From Candidatus Sumerlaeota bacterium (GTDB lineage Bacteria; Sumerlaeota; Sumerlaeia; JADFCW01), in the NCBI GenBank assembly GCA_017161705.1, contig JADFCW010000001.1, positions 4,521-68,520 on the forward strand: a stretch of DNA of 64,000 bases, given 5' to 3'. The position numbers and the translations under genes are program-made. The notes below the pieces were generated by a model. The model did not search any database. It was not told where the DNA came from and saw only the letters and a list, made by a program, of their open reading frames with translations. Positions 9,573-20,016 of this stretch are shown one piece after another. How positions within the stretch are numbered: position 1 is the first letter of the stretch; each line of letters opens with the position of its first letter.

Positions 9573-11063
9573 ATGAGCGATTGCCTCCTGGAAATGTACA
9601 ATATCTCGAAGCGGTTTCCGGGCGTATGGGCGCTGCGCGATGTCCAGTTCAGCGTGACGCGCGGGGAGATCGTCTGTCTGCTCGGGGAAAACGGCGCGGG
9701 CAAGTCTACCCTGATGAAAATCCTTACCGGCGTTCTGCCGGATTTCGAGGGAGCGATCCGCTTCGAGGGTCGGCCGGTGCGATTCCGCAACACCCGCGAG
9801 GCATTCGAGGCAGGGATCAGCATTGTCTTTCAGGAGTTCAATCTTTGTCCCAACCTTTCGGCGATGGAAAACCTCTTCCTCGGCAATGAGGTGCGGGCGC
9901 GATGGGGGTTTATTTCGCGGCGGCGGATGCGGGAGAAGGCCCGCGAAGCCTTTCAGAATCTTGGCACGGCCATAGACCCCGATGCCCTTGTAAAAGACCT
10001 CGGCGTGGCCCAGCAGCAGATGGTCGAAGTGGCCAAAGCGCTGGCTCATCAGACGAAAATCCTTATTATGGATGAACCCACGTCGGCCCTTGCCGACGCG
10101 GAAATCCAGAACCTGTTTGCTATCATGCGCGAGTTGAAATCGCGGGGCATCTCGATTGTTTTCATTTCGCACAAGCTGCGCGAGGTGCTGGAGATTTCCG
10201 ATCGCATTGTCTGTCTCAAGGACGGCCGGAACTCCGGCGAAATATCCTCGCGCGAGGCGACCGAAGACCGTTTGATCGCCTTGATGGTCGGCCGCGAACT
10301 GGATCAACTCTATTCGCAGCGGCGCGGCGGGCCGTCCGCCGAGGTTGCCCTCGAAGTGCGCAATCTTTCCGGGCCGCCGATGATTCGCGATGTTTCGTTT
10401 TCCATTCGCCGCGGCGAGATACTCGGCCTCGCCGGTTTGATCGGCGCGGGGCGAACCGAGCTGGCGCGGCTGCTGATTGGCGCGGAGAAAAAAACGGCCG
10501 GTCAGATTTTTCTCAAAGGCCGCCCCGCCAGCATTCGCCATCCCGCCGACGCCGTTGCATTCGGCATTGCCTATGCCTCCGAGGATCGGAAAAGGGAGGG
10601 ACTGGTTCTTGGTATGACGGTGCGGGAGAATGCCACGATGAGCATTCACGGACGAATTAGCACGCGGGCAGGGTTCATTCGCCGCACCGGAGAAAACGAC
10701 ATTGCCGACGCCCAGATTGCCAAACTTCAGATCAAAGTATCCGATCGCGAGCAAATCGCCCGCAATCTGTCGGGCGGCAATCAGCAGAAAGTGGTCCTTG
10801 CCAGATGTCTGGCCATTCAGCCGCGCGTTCTGATTCTCGACGAGCCGACGCGCGGCATTGACGTCGGCGCAAAAGCCGAGGTGCACAAGATCATCGGCGA
10901 CCTGGCCGACCAGGGCGTGGCGGTGCTGGTGATCTCGTCGGAATTGCCTGAACTGCTTCACCTGTGCGATCGCATCCTTGTAATGCACGAGGGACGTCTG
11001 ACGGCCGACCTGCCGCGCGAGCGCGCCAGCGAGGAGAGCATCATGAAGGCCGCTGTGGCCTAA
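9573..11063 (+). CDS. Sugar ABC transporter ATP-binding protein with two ABC domains (RbsA/MglA/XylG type)
   Basis: Two Walker A sites (GENGAGKST, GLIGAGRTE), two LSGG signatures (LSGGNQQK) and two Walker B sites. The 496-aa length is typical of monosaccharide importer ATPases. Confidence 0.9.
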   Translation: MSDCLLEMYNISKRFPGVWALRDVQFSVTRGEIVCLLGENGAGKSTLMKILTGVLPDFEGAIRFEGRPVRFRNTREAFEAGISIVFQEFNLCPNLSAMENLFLGNEVRARWGFISRRRMREKAREAFQNLGTAIDPDALVKDLGVAQQQMVEVAKALAHQTKILIMDEPTSALADAEIQNLFAIMRELKSRGISIVFISHKLREVLEISDRIVCLKDGRNSGEISSREATEDRLIALMVGRELDQLYSQRRGGPSAEVALEVRNLSGPPMIRDVSFSIRRGEILGLAGLIGAGRTELARLLIGAEKKTAGQIFLKGRPASIRHPADAVAFGIAYASEDRKREGLVLGMTVRENATMSIHGRISTRAGFIRRTGENDIADAQIAKLQIKVSDREQIARNLSGGNQQKVVLARCLAIQPRVLILDEPTRGIDVGAKAEVHKIIGDLADQGVAVLVISSELPELLHLCDRILVMHEGRLTADLPRERASEESIMKAAVA

Positions 11064-11214
11064 CGGCTGCCGCCTCGGTATTCTTCCGTTCCTGCGCCAT
11101 GCGGAGTTCAATTTTCTTGCAATCGCACCCGCCCCCCGAACTACACTCTATGCGAAACGATCCGCCGGCAGTGGTATTGCTCCTGCCAGCACTATTAGAG
11201 GAGGATGAAGATTC

Positions 11215-11871
11215 ATGGCCAAATGGACAAAAGAGTCGGCACTGGCCGAGATGACGAGAACAGGAATTGTCGCAGTGGTGCGGGCTCCTGATTCAAGCAA
11301 GCTGGTTCAAGTGGCGCGAGCGCTTTGCGAGGGCGGCGTAACTTGCATCGAGATTACGATGACAACGCCGAACGCGCTCGAGGTTATTGCCGCGGCCGCG
11401 CGCGAAGTCGGCGACAGCGCCTGCATCGGCGTTGGCACCGTCCTCGATGCCGAAACGGCCCGAGGGGCTATTTTGGCGGGAGCAGAGTTCATTGTCGGAC
11501 CGACGTTCAACGAAGAAGTGATTCGGCTGGCCCACCGTTACAGCAAGCCCGTAGTTCCGGGCGCTTTTACACCGACCGAGATATTGCGAGCCTGGGAAGC
11601 GGGGGCGGATGTGGTCAAGGTGTTTCCAGCATCGGTGGGCGGTCCGGCCTTTTTTCGTGCAATAAAAGGTCCCTTGCCGCACATTAAATTGTCCCCAACC
11701 GGCGGGGTGAACCTCAATACGGCTGCGGAGTTTATCAAAGCGGGGGCCGAATTTTTAGGTGTGGGAACGGAATTAGTGACGAAAGAGGACGTGGCCAAAG
11801 GCAATTTCGACGCATTGCGCGAACGGGCTGCGCAATACGTGAAGATTGTGCGGGAAGCAAGGGTAGGATAG
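11215..11871 (+). CDS. eda: KDPG/KHG aldolase (2-dehydro-3-deoxy-phosphogluconate aldolase)
   Basis: Conserved Eda motifs: IEITMTTPNALEVI, GVGTVLD and FIVGP. About 218 aa. Confidence 0.85.
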   Translation: MAKWTKESALAEMTRTGIVAVVRAPDSSKLVQVARALCEGGVTCIEITMTTPNALEVIAAAAREVGDSACIGVGTVLDAETARGAILAGAEFIVGPTFNEEVIRLAHRYSKPVVPGAFTPTEILRAWEAGADVVKVFPASVGGPAFFRAIKGPLPHIKLSPTGGVNLNTAAEFIKAGAEFLGVGTELVTKEDVAKGNFDALRERAAQYVKIVREARVG

Positions 11872-12035
11872 GCCGCTCGGTATGATTTTGGCATACAGTA
11901 TTTGCGGCGGGAGTGGGAAAGCTAAGGGGTATGGTTTAGCTTATATTATACCTACCGTTCGGTAAAGCATGACCAAACCATCGCTTTCTCCGTAACACTC
12001 TTGCCAAACATTCATAGAAACTCCGGGGGACTTCC

Positions 12036-13394
12036 GTGAAAAAGCTGTTTATCATAGTCGGAATTCTGGCCATTGGCGGCGGCAGTGCAGCCTATATCAT
12101 TCGCCGCAATGACAGAAATTCTTCAAAAGAAGACCCGCGAATTCGCTTTGTCAAAGTCGAGCGCGGGCCGGTCTCTCTAACTGTCTCGAGCACCGGCCGC
12201 GTGATTGCCAACCTAGACGTGGACATCAAGTGCAAGGCCAGCGGTCAGATAGTCAGTCTTCCTTACGACGTCAGCGATAAAGTGAGCTCCGGCACCATAC
12301 TGATGGAGTTAGATCCGGTGGACGAGGAGCGGCGCGTTCGGCAGGCCGAGGTGCGTCTGGCCGCCTCGCAGGCACGGCTGGCTCAGGCGGAAAAAGCTCT
12401 CGAAGTGGCGGAACGCAATCTGGAAACAGAGAAAAAACGGGCGGAGGCGGCGTTGAAGTCGTCGGAAGCCCGGGCGGCCGATGCGCGCGCTAAAGCCGAG
12501 CGCATGAAGCAGCTGTTTGAAAAGAAATTAGCCAGCCAGGAAGAATACGATACGGCGGAGACCGCTGCCGTTCAGGCAGCCGCCGACCTGCAGAATGCCA
12601 AAGTGAAGCTCGAAGAGCTAAAGACGCAGGAGATTTCCGTCGAAATGAAGCGTCAAGACGTCGCCCTGGCCAAAGGCGATGTCGAGTCCGACCGCATCAA
12701 CCTTTCGCTGGCCCAGCAACAGCTGAAGGATACCAAAGTGCGCGCCCCGATGGACGCCGTCGTGGCGGCGCGCAATGTCCAGATCGGACAGATCATCGCT
12801 TCGGGCGTCAGCAATGTGGGCGGCGGAACCACCATCATGACACTCAGCGATCTCAGCCATCTGTTCATCCTGGCGGCCGTGGACGAAAGCGACATCGGGC
12901 GGGTCAAGGAAGGCCAGCAAGTCTTGATTACCGCCGATGCCTATCCGGGGGTTTTGTTCCACGGGCGGGTCGTGCGGATTGCCACGCGGGGGGTGAACAC
13001 CCAAAACGTTGTGACGTTCGAGGTTAAGATTGAGGTGACTTCGGACAACAAGGACATGCTCAAGCCGGAGATGACGACCAATGTCGAGATTATCGCCGCG
13101 CAGAAAGACGACGTGCTGGTGATCCCGGCGGAGGCGATTTCGCGGCGGCGCGGGCAGCCGACCGTGCTCGTCAAAAATGACGACGGAACATCGGCCACGC
13201 GCGAGGTCGAGATCGGCGTCAATGACGGATTCCGCGCGGAAGTCATCAGCGGCCTGCAGGAAGGCGAGACCGTGGTTGTGCGCCGGGGCGAGGCGGAAAG
13301 CCGCTGGCGCGGCGGCGGCCCGGGCGGGCCGGGCGGTCCGCGCGGCATGATGATGATGGGCGGCAGCATGCGGGGAGGTCCCGGTCGGCGATGA
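12036..13394 (+). CDS. macA: Efflux periplasmic adaptor (HlyD/MacA family membrane-fusion protein)
   Basis: N-terminal TM, long coiled-coil, beta-barrel/MP domains ([17 protein letters not shown]), Gly-rich tail. Confidence 0.8.
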   Translation: MKKLFIIVGILAIGGGSAAYIIRRNDRNSSKEDPRIRFVKVERGPVSLTVSSTGRVIANLDVDIKCKASGQIVSLPYDVSDKVSSGTILMELDPVDEERRVRQAEVRLAASQARLAQAEKALEVAERNLETEKKRAEAALKSSEARAADARAKAERMKQLFEKKLASQEEYDTAETAAVQAAADLQNAKVKLEELKTQEISVEMKRQDVALAKGDVESDRINLSLAQQQLKDTKVRAPMDAVVAARNVQIGQIIASGVSNVGGGTTIMTLSDLSHLFILAAVDESDIGRVKEGQQVLITADAYPGVLFHGRVVRIATRGVNTQNVVTFEVKIEVTSDNKDMLKPEMTTNVEIIAAQKDDVLVIPAEAISRRRGQPTVLVKNDDGTSATREVEIGVNDGFRAEVISGLQEGETVVVRRGEAESRWRGGGPGGPGGPRGMMMMGGSMRGGPGRR

Positions 13395-14065
13395 GCATCA
13401 TCGAGGCCAGAAATCTGGTTAAGGTCTATCACCTCGGCGGCAGCAAAATCAACGCGCTCAACCACGTGGACCTGACCATCGAGGAAGGCGAAATGGTGGC
13501 GGTGACCGGTGCGTCAGGCAGCGGCAAGTCCACGCTCATGAATATTCTGGGCTGCTTGGACCGCCCGGACGAGGGGACGTATATATTAGCGGGCGAGGAT
13601 GTGTCGAGACTTCATCCCGACCGTCTGGCTGCTATCCGCAACCGTCACATTGGTTTCGTCTTTCAAACCTTCAACCTTCTGCCGCGCATGACGGCTCTGG
13701 AGAACGTCGAGCTGCCCTTGCTGTATGCGGGCGTCAGCGAAGCCAAAGACCGGGCCGAGGAGGCGCTTCGGATGATGGGCCTGGCCGACCGCATGAAGCA
13801 CGAACCTAATCAGCTGTCCGGCGGCCAGCGCCAGCGCGTGGCCATCGCGCGTGCCATCGTGACCAATCCGGCCATCATTCTGGCGGACGAGCCGACGGGC
13901 AACCTCGACAGCAAAACGGGCGAGGAGATCATGATGTTGTTCAAGAAACTCAACGCCGAGGGGCGCACTCTGATTATCGTCACGCATGAACCCGACGTCG
14001 CCCGCCATTGCCGGCGGCAGGTGCACATGAAGGACGGTCAAATTGTGGACGGGAAGGGGAACTAG
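13391..14065 (+). CDS. ABC transporter ATP-binding protein (MacB/LolD family)
   Basis: GASGSGKST Walker [15 protein letters not shown] signature, [11 protein letters not shown] Walker B. Confidence 0.9.
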   Translation: MSIIEARNLVKVYHLGGSKINALNHVDLTIEEGEMVAVTGASGSGKSTLMNILGCLDRPDEGTYILAGEDVSRLHPDRLAAIRNRHIGFVFQTFNLLPRMTALENVELPLLYAGVSEAKDRAEEALRMMGLADRMKHEPNQLSGGQRQRVAIARAIVTNPAIILADEPTGNLDSKTGEEIMMLFKKLNAEGRTLIIVTHEPDVARHCRRQVHMKDGQIVDGKGN

Positions 14066-14096
14066 CGGAGACGAGCGCGGGAAGATTTGCATTGGA

Positions 14097-14129
14097 TCGG
14101 ACGCGTCAGACGCATCGGACAGGTCGGAC
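14097..14129. repeat. 9-bp-periodic pentamer repeat array D (4 units of TC(G/A)GAC)
   Basis: TCGGACgcgTCAGACgcaTCGGACaggTCGGAC, in the spacer between the MacB ATPase and permease genes. Confidence 0.55.
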
Positions 14130-14179
14130 GGAGAGCCTCGATCATCTTTTGCGATACCTAACTCGCAAGAGGATTAACC

Positions 14180-15388
14180 ATGCTATTTTGGACCACCATT
14201 AAAGTTGCGCTGAAAAGCCTGATGGCCAGCAAGTTGCGCTCGTTCCTTGCCATGCTGGGCATCATTATCGGCGTCGGCGCGGTCATCGCCATGCTAGCTA
14301 TGGGGGCCGGGGCCAAGAAACAAGTTCTGTCCCGCATTTATGCCATGGGCACGGACCTGCTGACCGTGCGGCCGGGCCAGCACGGTTTCCATGGCGTCGT
14401 GACGGGCAGCCAGCAAAACCTGACGCTCGAGGATGCGGAGGAAATCCTGAAAAAAGTTCCGAATGTGGAAGCCGTGGCCCCGGCAGTTCAAGGCAGCGCC
14501 CAGCTGAAGTATTTCAACAAGAATACGCGTTGCAATGTCATCGGCACAGGCGTGACGTATTTCTCCATGCGCAACTTCGAGATCGAGAAAGGCCGCGCAT
14601 TTACCGAAGGCGAGGTGGATCGCATGGCCCGTGTCTGCGTGCTGGGTCCCGTCACGGTCTCGAATCTTTTCGGCAACGACGAGCCCGTCGGCGCGCAGCT
14701 CAAGATCAAAGGAATCAATTTCCAGGTCGTGGGCGTCCTCAAGGCCAAAGGCGATATGGGATTCTACAATCCGGACGACACCGCAATCGTTCCCTACACC
14801 ACTGCCATGAAACAACTGTTCGGTCTCGAATACCTCAATGAAATTCACATTCAGGGGACACGCGGATGCGACCTCAATACCCTTCAGGAAGCCACGTCGA
14901 GCGTGCTTCGCCTCCAGCATCGGCTGCAATTCGGCCAGCCCGACGATTTCTATATCCGCAACCAGGCCCAGTATGTCGAGATGGCCTCGGACATGACGCG
15001 CACGTTCACCATTCTTCTGGGCAGCATCGCCAGCATCTCGCTTCTGGTCGGCGGCATCGGCATTATGAACATCATGCTGGTCACCGTCACGGAGCGGACG
15101 CGCGAGATCGGGGTGCGAAAAGCCATCGGCGCGCGCGACCGCGACATTCTACGGCAGTTCCTCATCGAGGCGATGTTGATGAGCGGTCTGGGCGGGCTGA
15201 TCGGAGTAGGGGTCGGCGTCGGCGCTGCCCGAATGATTGGAAAGATGACCTCGTTTGCGATTTCGGTTGAACTGCCCAGCATAATTATGGCATTATCATT
15301 CGCTGCGGCGGTGGGGATATTTTTCGGGTACTATCCGGCCCGCCGCGCAGCCAAACTCGATCCCATCGAGTCGCTGCGATACGAGTAG
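14180..15388 (+). CDS. ABC transporter permease, FtsX/MacB-permease family
   Basis: MacB_PCD-like periplasmic domain followed by the FtsX 3-TM bundle (TERTREIGVRKAIGA). Confidence 0.85.
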   Translation: MLFWTTIKVALKSLMASKLRSFLAMLGIIIGVGAVIAMLAMGAGAKKQVLSRIYAMGTDLLTVRPGQHGFHGVVTGSQQNLTLEDAEEILKKVPNVEAVAPAVQGSAQLKYFNKNTRCNVIGTGVTYFSMRNFEIEKGRAFTEGEVDRMARVCVLGPVTVSNLFGNDEPVGAQLKIKGINFQVVGVLKAKGDMGFYNPDDTAIVPYTTAMKQLFGLEYLNEIHIQGTRGCDLNTLQEATSSVLRLQHRLQFGQPDDFYIRNQAQYVEMASDMTRTFTILLGSIASISLLVGGIGIMNIMLVTVTERTREIGVRKAIGARDRDILRQFLIEAMLMSGLGGLIGVGVGVGAARMIGKMTSFAISVELPSIIMALSFAAAVGIFFGYYPARRAAKLDPIESLRYE

Positions 15389-15516
15389 TCCGTAAAGGAG
15401 ACGGCGAAAAGGGAATAACCCGCAAGGTGCTAGAGCCCTGACACCATATCGCGCTCATACGGCAGTTTCCATTGACGGCAGATGGAACACGTTCCCGAGG
15501 AAAGGCGGATGCAGAA

Positions 15517-17241
15517 ATGCGCGAACGACACGTTCCACAACCCCGCATCGCAACGGGCGATGCAGCGTCTGCGAACGGTGCAATCCAACAATTCCGTTCT
15601 TCGAAAGTCGGTTCCCATTTACCCTCAGCTCAACGGTTTGTGTTGCGTTTTCTCATCCTTTCCCTTGCAACGACCGGTTGCGTCCGACTGACTCCGCACA
15701 GCGAAGAAGACTATGTGGGACCCGCGATCCCGCCGGCCGTCCCCGCCGAAATCACAGCCCCAACAACCGAACCCGCAAGAGCTGCGGCTCCGACAACGGG
15801 AACCCTTCAGTTGACGGTTCCCGAGGCCATTTTGCTGGCGCTCGAAAACAACCACGGTATGCGCATCCAGCGTTTTGGCCCGCCCCTCAGCCGCCTCAAC
15901 GAAGCGATCGCGCGGGCCGCCTTCGATCCTGTCGTTACGGCCGGCGCGTCCTATTCGCGCACGCGAACCCGAAGCGAAGACCCTGTCACCGGCGACACCG
16001 TCCGCACGACCGCCGAACGCACCCAGGGAAACATCGGGATATCCACGTTCCTGCCCACAGGCACGGATGTCAGCATCGGCTTGTCCACGTCGCGCTCGGA
16101 CACCGATCCTGGGCCGGCCAACAATACCAGCCGCGGCCAGATGTCGGTCACCCAGTCGCTCTTGCGCGGATTCGGCCTCGATGTCAATCTGGCCAGTCTG
16201 CGGCAAGCCCGGTTGGACACGCAGCGGTCGCAATATGAGTTGCGCGGCTATGCTGAGTCGCTGATTGCGCAGGTCGAGGAAACCTATTGGGACTATGCGC
16301 TGGCGCAGGAACAGATCCGGATTGTGACGGATTCGCTCAATCTGGCGCTGGATCAACTTCGAGAGACGCAGGAGCGCGTCCAAGTCGGCAAACTGGCGCC
16401 GACCGAGCTGGCCGCCGCCGAGGCCGAGGTCGCTTCACGCCGCGAAAGCCTCATCAACGCCCGCAGCGCACTGGCCACCACGCGGCTGCGTCTTCTGCGC
16501 CTGATCAATCCGGCCACCCCCAGCCTTTGGGATCGCCCGATCGAACTGCTCGACCGCCCCGAGCCCGTCGAGGCCGAACTGGACGCCGTCGAAGAGCATG
16601 TCAAGGTGGCCATGCTCCTGCGGCCCGATCTCAATCAGGCGCGGCTGGCCATTCAGAGCAGCGACTTGACACTGGTGCAAACGCGCAACGGCTTGCTGCC
16701 CCGTCTCGACCTGTTCATCACCCTTGGCGGAACCGGGTATGCCGACTCGTTCAGCGGGTCGGTCCGGGGCGAGGACTCCCGCAGCTATGATGGGACCGTG
16801 GGATTCAGTTTCGATTATCCGATCGGCAACCGCGCCCCCCAGGCCCGCCACCAGCGCGCCTTGCTCAGCCGTGATCAGCTCGAGGAAGCGTTGGAGAACA
16901 CCCGCCAGCTGGTCGAGGTGGACGTTCGCTCGGCCTATATCGAAGTCACGCGGGCCAAGGAGCAGGTGGCGGCGACATCGGCGACGCGGCGGGCGCAGGA
17001 AGAGAAATTACGCTCGGAGACGGAAAAGTTTCGCGTCGGCAAATCCACATCGCTGCAAGTGGCGCAAGCCCAGCGCGACCTGCTGTCGGCCCAGATTGAC
17101 GAGGTCCGTTCGCGGGCCGCCTACCTGAAAGCGCTGGTCGAATTGTATCGCCTCGAAGGTTCGCTTCTGGAACGCCGCGGCATCCAGGCCCCTGGCCGCC
17201 AGCCCGTGGCCGACCTGCCGCCCCGCCGCAGCGCCTGGTAA
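15517..17241 (+). CDS. TolC-like outer-membrane efflux protein
   Basis: Two OEP repeats. Putative lipoprotein signal (...LILSLATTGC). The start is ambiguous: the track begins with TTG at 15472, an ATG lies at 15517, and TTG/GTG candidates lie near 15640. Confidence 0.7.
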   Translation: MRERHVPQPRIATGDAASANGAIQQFRSSKVGSHLPSAQRFVLRFLILSLATTGCVRLTPHSEEDYVGPAIPPAVPAEITAPTTEPARAAAPTTGTLQLTVPEAILLALENNHGMRIQRFGPPLSRLNEAIARAAFDPVVTAGASYSRTRTRSEDPVTGDTVRTTAERTQGNIGISTFLPTGTDVSIGLSTSRSDTDPGPANNTSRGQMSVTQSLLRGFGLDVNLASLRQARLDTQRSQYELRGYAESLIAQVEETYWDYALAQEQIRIVTDSLNLALDQLRETQERVQVGKLAPTELAAAEAEVASRRESLINARSALATTRLRLLRLINPATPSLWDRPIELLDRPEPVEAELDAVEEHVKVAMLLRPDLNQARLAIQSSDLTLVQTRNGLLPRLDLFITLGGTGYADSFSGSVRGEDSRSYDGTVGFSFDYPIGNRAPQARHQRALLSRDQLEEALENTRQLVEVDVRSAYIEVTRAKEQVAATSATRRAQEEKLRSETEKFRVGKSTSLQVAQAQRDLLSAQIDEVRSRAAYLKALVELYRLEGSLLERRGIQAPGRQPVADLPPRRSAW

Positions 17242-17375
17242 AAAGCCCAGTGAATTGCGATAGAGAGCGGCATGGTCGTCTTGTTCAGGGTTCTTGCAGC
17301 GAGGCAATGCAACAATACGCGTGTTTCGTCGGCCAGATTCCCTGCTGTGCCGGAAAAGCGGCATTCCGCCTGTTG

Positions 17376-18671
17376 TTACAGCCGCCACCCTTTGCGGTAG
17401 GTCTTGCGAATAAACTTTTCGGCTTCGGGGGCGTTGACGGCGCGCAGCCGCCGGGCGTCCCACTGAAGTTTTTTCCCTGTTCGATACGCCACCACGCCCA
17501 GCAGCACCGCCTCGGTCAGCGCGCCCGAGTAATCAAAATTACAGGTGGTCGGCTTGCCTGTTTTGCACGCCTCGATCCATTCGGCATGGTGGCCGATCGA
17601 ATCGGGAATGTAAGGAGCGGGCGGCTGATAGCCGGCAAAGTCCTTTTCAGGGAGCAAGACGCGGCGGTTGTAGTCGCATAGGAGCATCCCTTTTTCGCCG
17701 ACAAACAACACGCCGTCGCCCCACTTGGGCAGTTTGCCCTCGGCAAAATGCGGCGGCCGTTTCCCGCCGTCATACCAGGTGAGCGTGACCGGCGGCATCG
17801 AGCCGCGCGCGGGAAACTCATAGCGCACGATCAGCCACTCGGCCGCGCTTTCCGGATGCACAGGCGGCCCCTGAGCCTCGACCGTCAGCGGATGACGCAA
17901 CTCGAGCGCCCAGAACGGCAGGTCCATATAGTGGCACGCCATGTCGCCCAGAGTGCCGCTGCCGAAATCCCACCACCCGCGCCAGTTGGCAGGCAGATAG
18001 CAGGGGTGATAGGGGCGGAAGGGGGCGGGCCCCAGCCAGGCCTCCCAATCGAGGCCCTTGGGAATGGGAGGAGTTTCGGCGGGCCGGTTCATCCTGGATG
18101 CCCACGTCTTGCCGCACCAGACGTGGACTTCGCGCACCGGGCCGATGGCGTTTTTCTGGATGAGCTCGACGGAACGGCGATAGTTTTGTTCCGCGTGGAT
18201 TTGCGTGCCCATCTGCGTGGCCAGGCGATTGCGCGTGGCCATTTCGGCCAGCGCGCGCGCTTCATGCACTGTGTGGGTCAGTGGTTTTTCGCAGTAAGCA
18301 TGCAAGCCGCGCCGCAGTGCCATCATCGTGGCGGGTGCGTGGTTGTGGTCGGGCGTCGAAACCACGACGGCGTCGAGGTCCTTCTGGTCGAAAAGCCGGC
18401 GATAGTCGGTGTAGAATTTCGCCTTGGGGAATTGCTCGCGGGCCTTGACGGCGCGCGTTTCGTCGGCATCGCACAAAGCGACGATGTTCTCCTCCTCGAC
18501 GCCTTTGAGGTTGGCTGCCCCGCGGCCGGAAACTCCAATCACCGCGATGTTGAGTTTTTCGTTGGGCGAAAGGCGACGGCGAGGCGGAATGGTCTGGCAG
18601 GCGGTGCCCAGTGCCGCGGCAGCCAAGGCCGTCTGCCGCAAAAATTCCCGACGGGATGACTTGATCAACAC
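17376..18671 (-). CDS. Gfo/Idh/MocA family oxidoreductase with TAT signal peptide
   Basis: Twin-arginine motif SRREFLRQTALAAAAL. NAD-binding Rossmann fold (LNIAVIGVSGRG). GFO_IDH_MocA C-terminal domain. Confidence 0.85.
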   Translation of the reverse strand: MLIKSSRREFLRQTALAAAALGTACQTIPPRRRLSPNEKLNIAVIGVSGRGAANLKGVEEENIVALCDADETRAVKAREQFPKAKFYTDYRRLFDQKDLDAVVVSTPDHNHAPATMMALRRGLHAYCEKPLTHTVHEARALAEMATRNRLATQMGTQIHAEQNYRRSVELIQKNAIGPVREVHVWCGKTWASRMNRPAETPPIPKGLDWEAWLGPAPFRPYHPCYLPANWRGWWDFGSGTLGDMACHYMDLPFWALELRHPLTVEAQGPPVHPESAAEWLIVRYEFPARGSMPPVTLTWYDGGKRPPHFAEGKLPKWGDGVLFVGEKGMLLCDYNRRVLLPEKDFAGYQPPAPYIPDSIGHHAEWIEACKTGKPTTCNFDYSGALTEAVLLGVVAYRTGKKLQWDARRLRAVNAPEAEKFIRKTYRKGWRL

Positions 18672-18693
18672 GGAAGACCTCCTGACATGTTTT

Positions 18694-18726
18694 TGGAATC
18701 CTTCGGATCCGGCCGATCCGTTGGAT
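18694..18726. repeat. 9-bp-periodic pentamer repeat array F (4 units)
   Basis: TGGAAtcctTCGGATccgGCCGATccgTTGGATcag, between the MocA start and the phosphoesterase stop. Confidence 0.45.
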
Positions 18727-19985
18727 CAGTTTTGCTCCAGCCAGCGGCGCCACCACGGCGCGCGGCGCACGATCTCGAACTCATGTCTCACTGTGCCGTC
18801 GTCCTCGGTTACAGTTAGTTTCAGCCGGTTGCGCGCCACATCGCCGCGTAGGACCGTATTGGGCGCGCCAATGACGATAGGATAGTTCCATTTTCCCTTT
18901 TCCGGCCGGTGAACCGACAGACGGTGCGTATGGGCGGAGATCATCAGGTCAATCCCGGCTCGATTGAACAGGGGGGCCCAATGGTCGCGGATATACTCGC
19001 GCCCGTAGCTTTGCGCCCTGTCTTTTTCGATCACATGGAACGGCATGTGGATGAGAAGCACTCGGAAAGCGGCGTGGCGGAACGCTCGGCTTTGGATTTC
19101 CGATTTCAGCCACTCCGTTTGTTCGGCACGATAGCGGTCGAAGTCCACGAGGCCGCTGTACTCGGGGCTGGTGTCGGGTTTGTCCTCGCCGCTGTCCAGC
19201 ACAAGGAAGCGCACATTGCCGTGGGTGAAGGCATAGTAGTAGCGGCCGGTCGGGGTGGGAAAGTAATCCATGAGTTTGCGCGCCAGCATACCGCGCGCTT
19301 CGTGGTTGCCGCGAACGTAGACGAAGGGGATGCTTTTAGCAAACGATTCGACACACGGAGCGATAATTGCGTTGAACGCCTGCGGTTCGCTTTCGAAATA
19401 GTTCAGCATGTCGCCGTTGAGCACGACGAGGTCCACACCGTCCCAGCGGATGTTTTTGAGAGCGGCGCGCAGCGGTGCAGCCTTCTCATGGCGGTCATTG
19501 AGAGCGACAAAGGAAAATGCGCCTTTTTGGGAATTCAACGTTGTAAAGGAATACTCCCCGCTGCGCACTTCCGCACCAAAGGTTACCGAGTATGGCTTAT
19601 ACTCGCGGATCTCCTGCGAGACGAGGCGATAGCGATAGGTCGTGCCCGGCGTCAGGCCTTCGAGGCGAACCGCATGGAGATGGCCGATGTCGCGCAGGCC
19701 GTGAGAGGCGCTGAATGCGTGCGACCACGACTCCGTTTCGCCGACGCGATACTCGACCTCCGACACGCAGGGCAGGTTAGTGCGCCAGACGATCGCGACC
19801 GAAGTCTCCGACGGCGCTTGCAGCCAGGGGCCGTCGGCAATCCGAAGCGGTTCCACGGCGCTGGCTGCTGGCGGAGCGGTTGCCTTGCCGGAGGGCGATG
19901 CGTTGCTCCCCGCCTCTGCCATCGCCGCCGAACCAATCAGAACGAAGCTCAGGATTGCGGTCAAAAACTTTTTGGTGCCAGACAT
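18726..19985 (-). CDS. Secreted metallophosphoesterase, purple-acid-phosphatase-like
   Basis: Signal peptide, FN3-like N-domain, and calcineurin-like metal-ligand motifs (GDMLNY, GNHE, ISAHTHR). Confidence 0.8.
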   Translation of the reverse strand: MSGTKKFLTAILSFVLIGSAAMAEAGSNASPSGKATAPPAASAVEPLRIADGPWLQAPSETSVAIVWRTNLPCVSEVEYRVGETESWSHAFSASHGLRDIGHLHAVRLEGLTPGTTYRYRLVSQEIREYKPYSVTFGAEVRSGEYSFTTLNSQKGAFSFVALNDRHEKAAPLRAALKNIRWDGVDLVVLNGDMLNYFESEPQAFNAIIAPCVESFAKSIPFVYVRGNHEARGMLARKLMDYFPTPTGRYYYAFTHGNVRFLVLDSGEDKPDTSPEYSGLVDFDRYRAEQTEWLKSEIQSRAFRHAAFRVLLIHMPFHVIEKDRAQSYGREYIRDHWAPLFNRAGIDLMISAHTHRLSVHRPEKGKWNYPIVIGAPNTVLRGDVARNRLKLTVTEDDGTVRHEFEIVRRAPWWRRWLEQN

Positions 19986-20016
19986 AGTGGTGGGACCTCC
20001 GTTGCGGTTGTAACGG

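Noticed and set aside
8406-11111. 901-aa ORF on the minus strand
   Set aside because: It lies antisense to the unmistakable two-domain ABC ATPase (9573..11063) and to the gspB-downstream ORF. It is Arg/Gly/Ala-rich low-complexity sequence typical of GC-rich antisense frames.
11925-11985. ATGGTTT...AAACCAT inverted repeat upstream of macA as a TetR-type operator
   Set aside because: The arms are 33 bp apart and only 7 bp long, and no adjacent repressor gene is present. Noted in a finding but not called as a feature.
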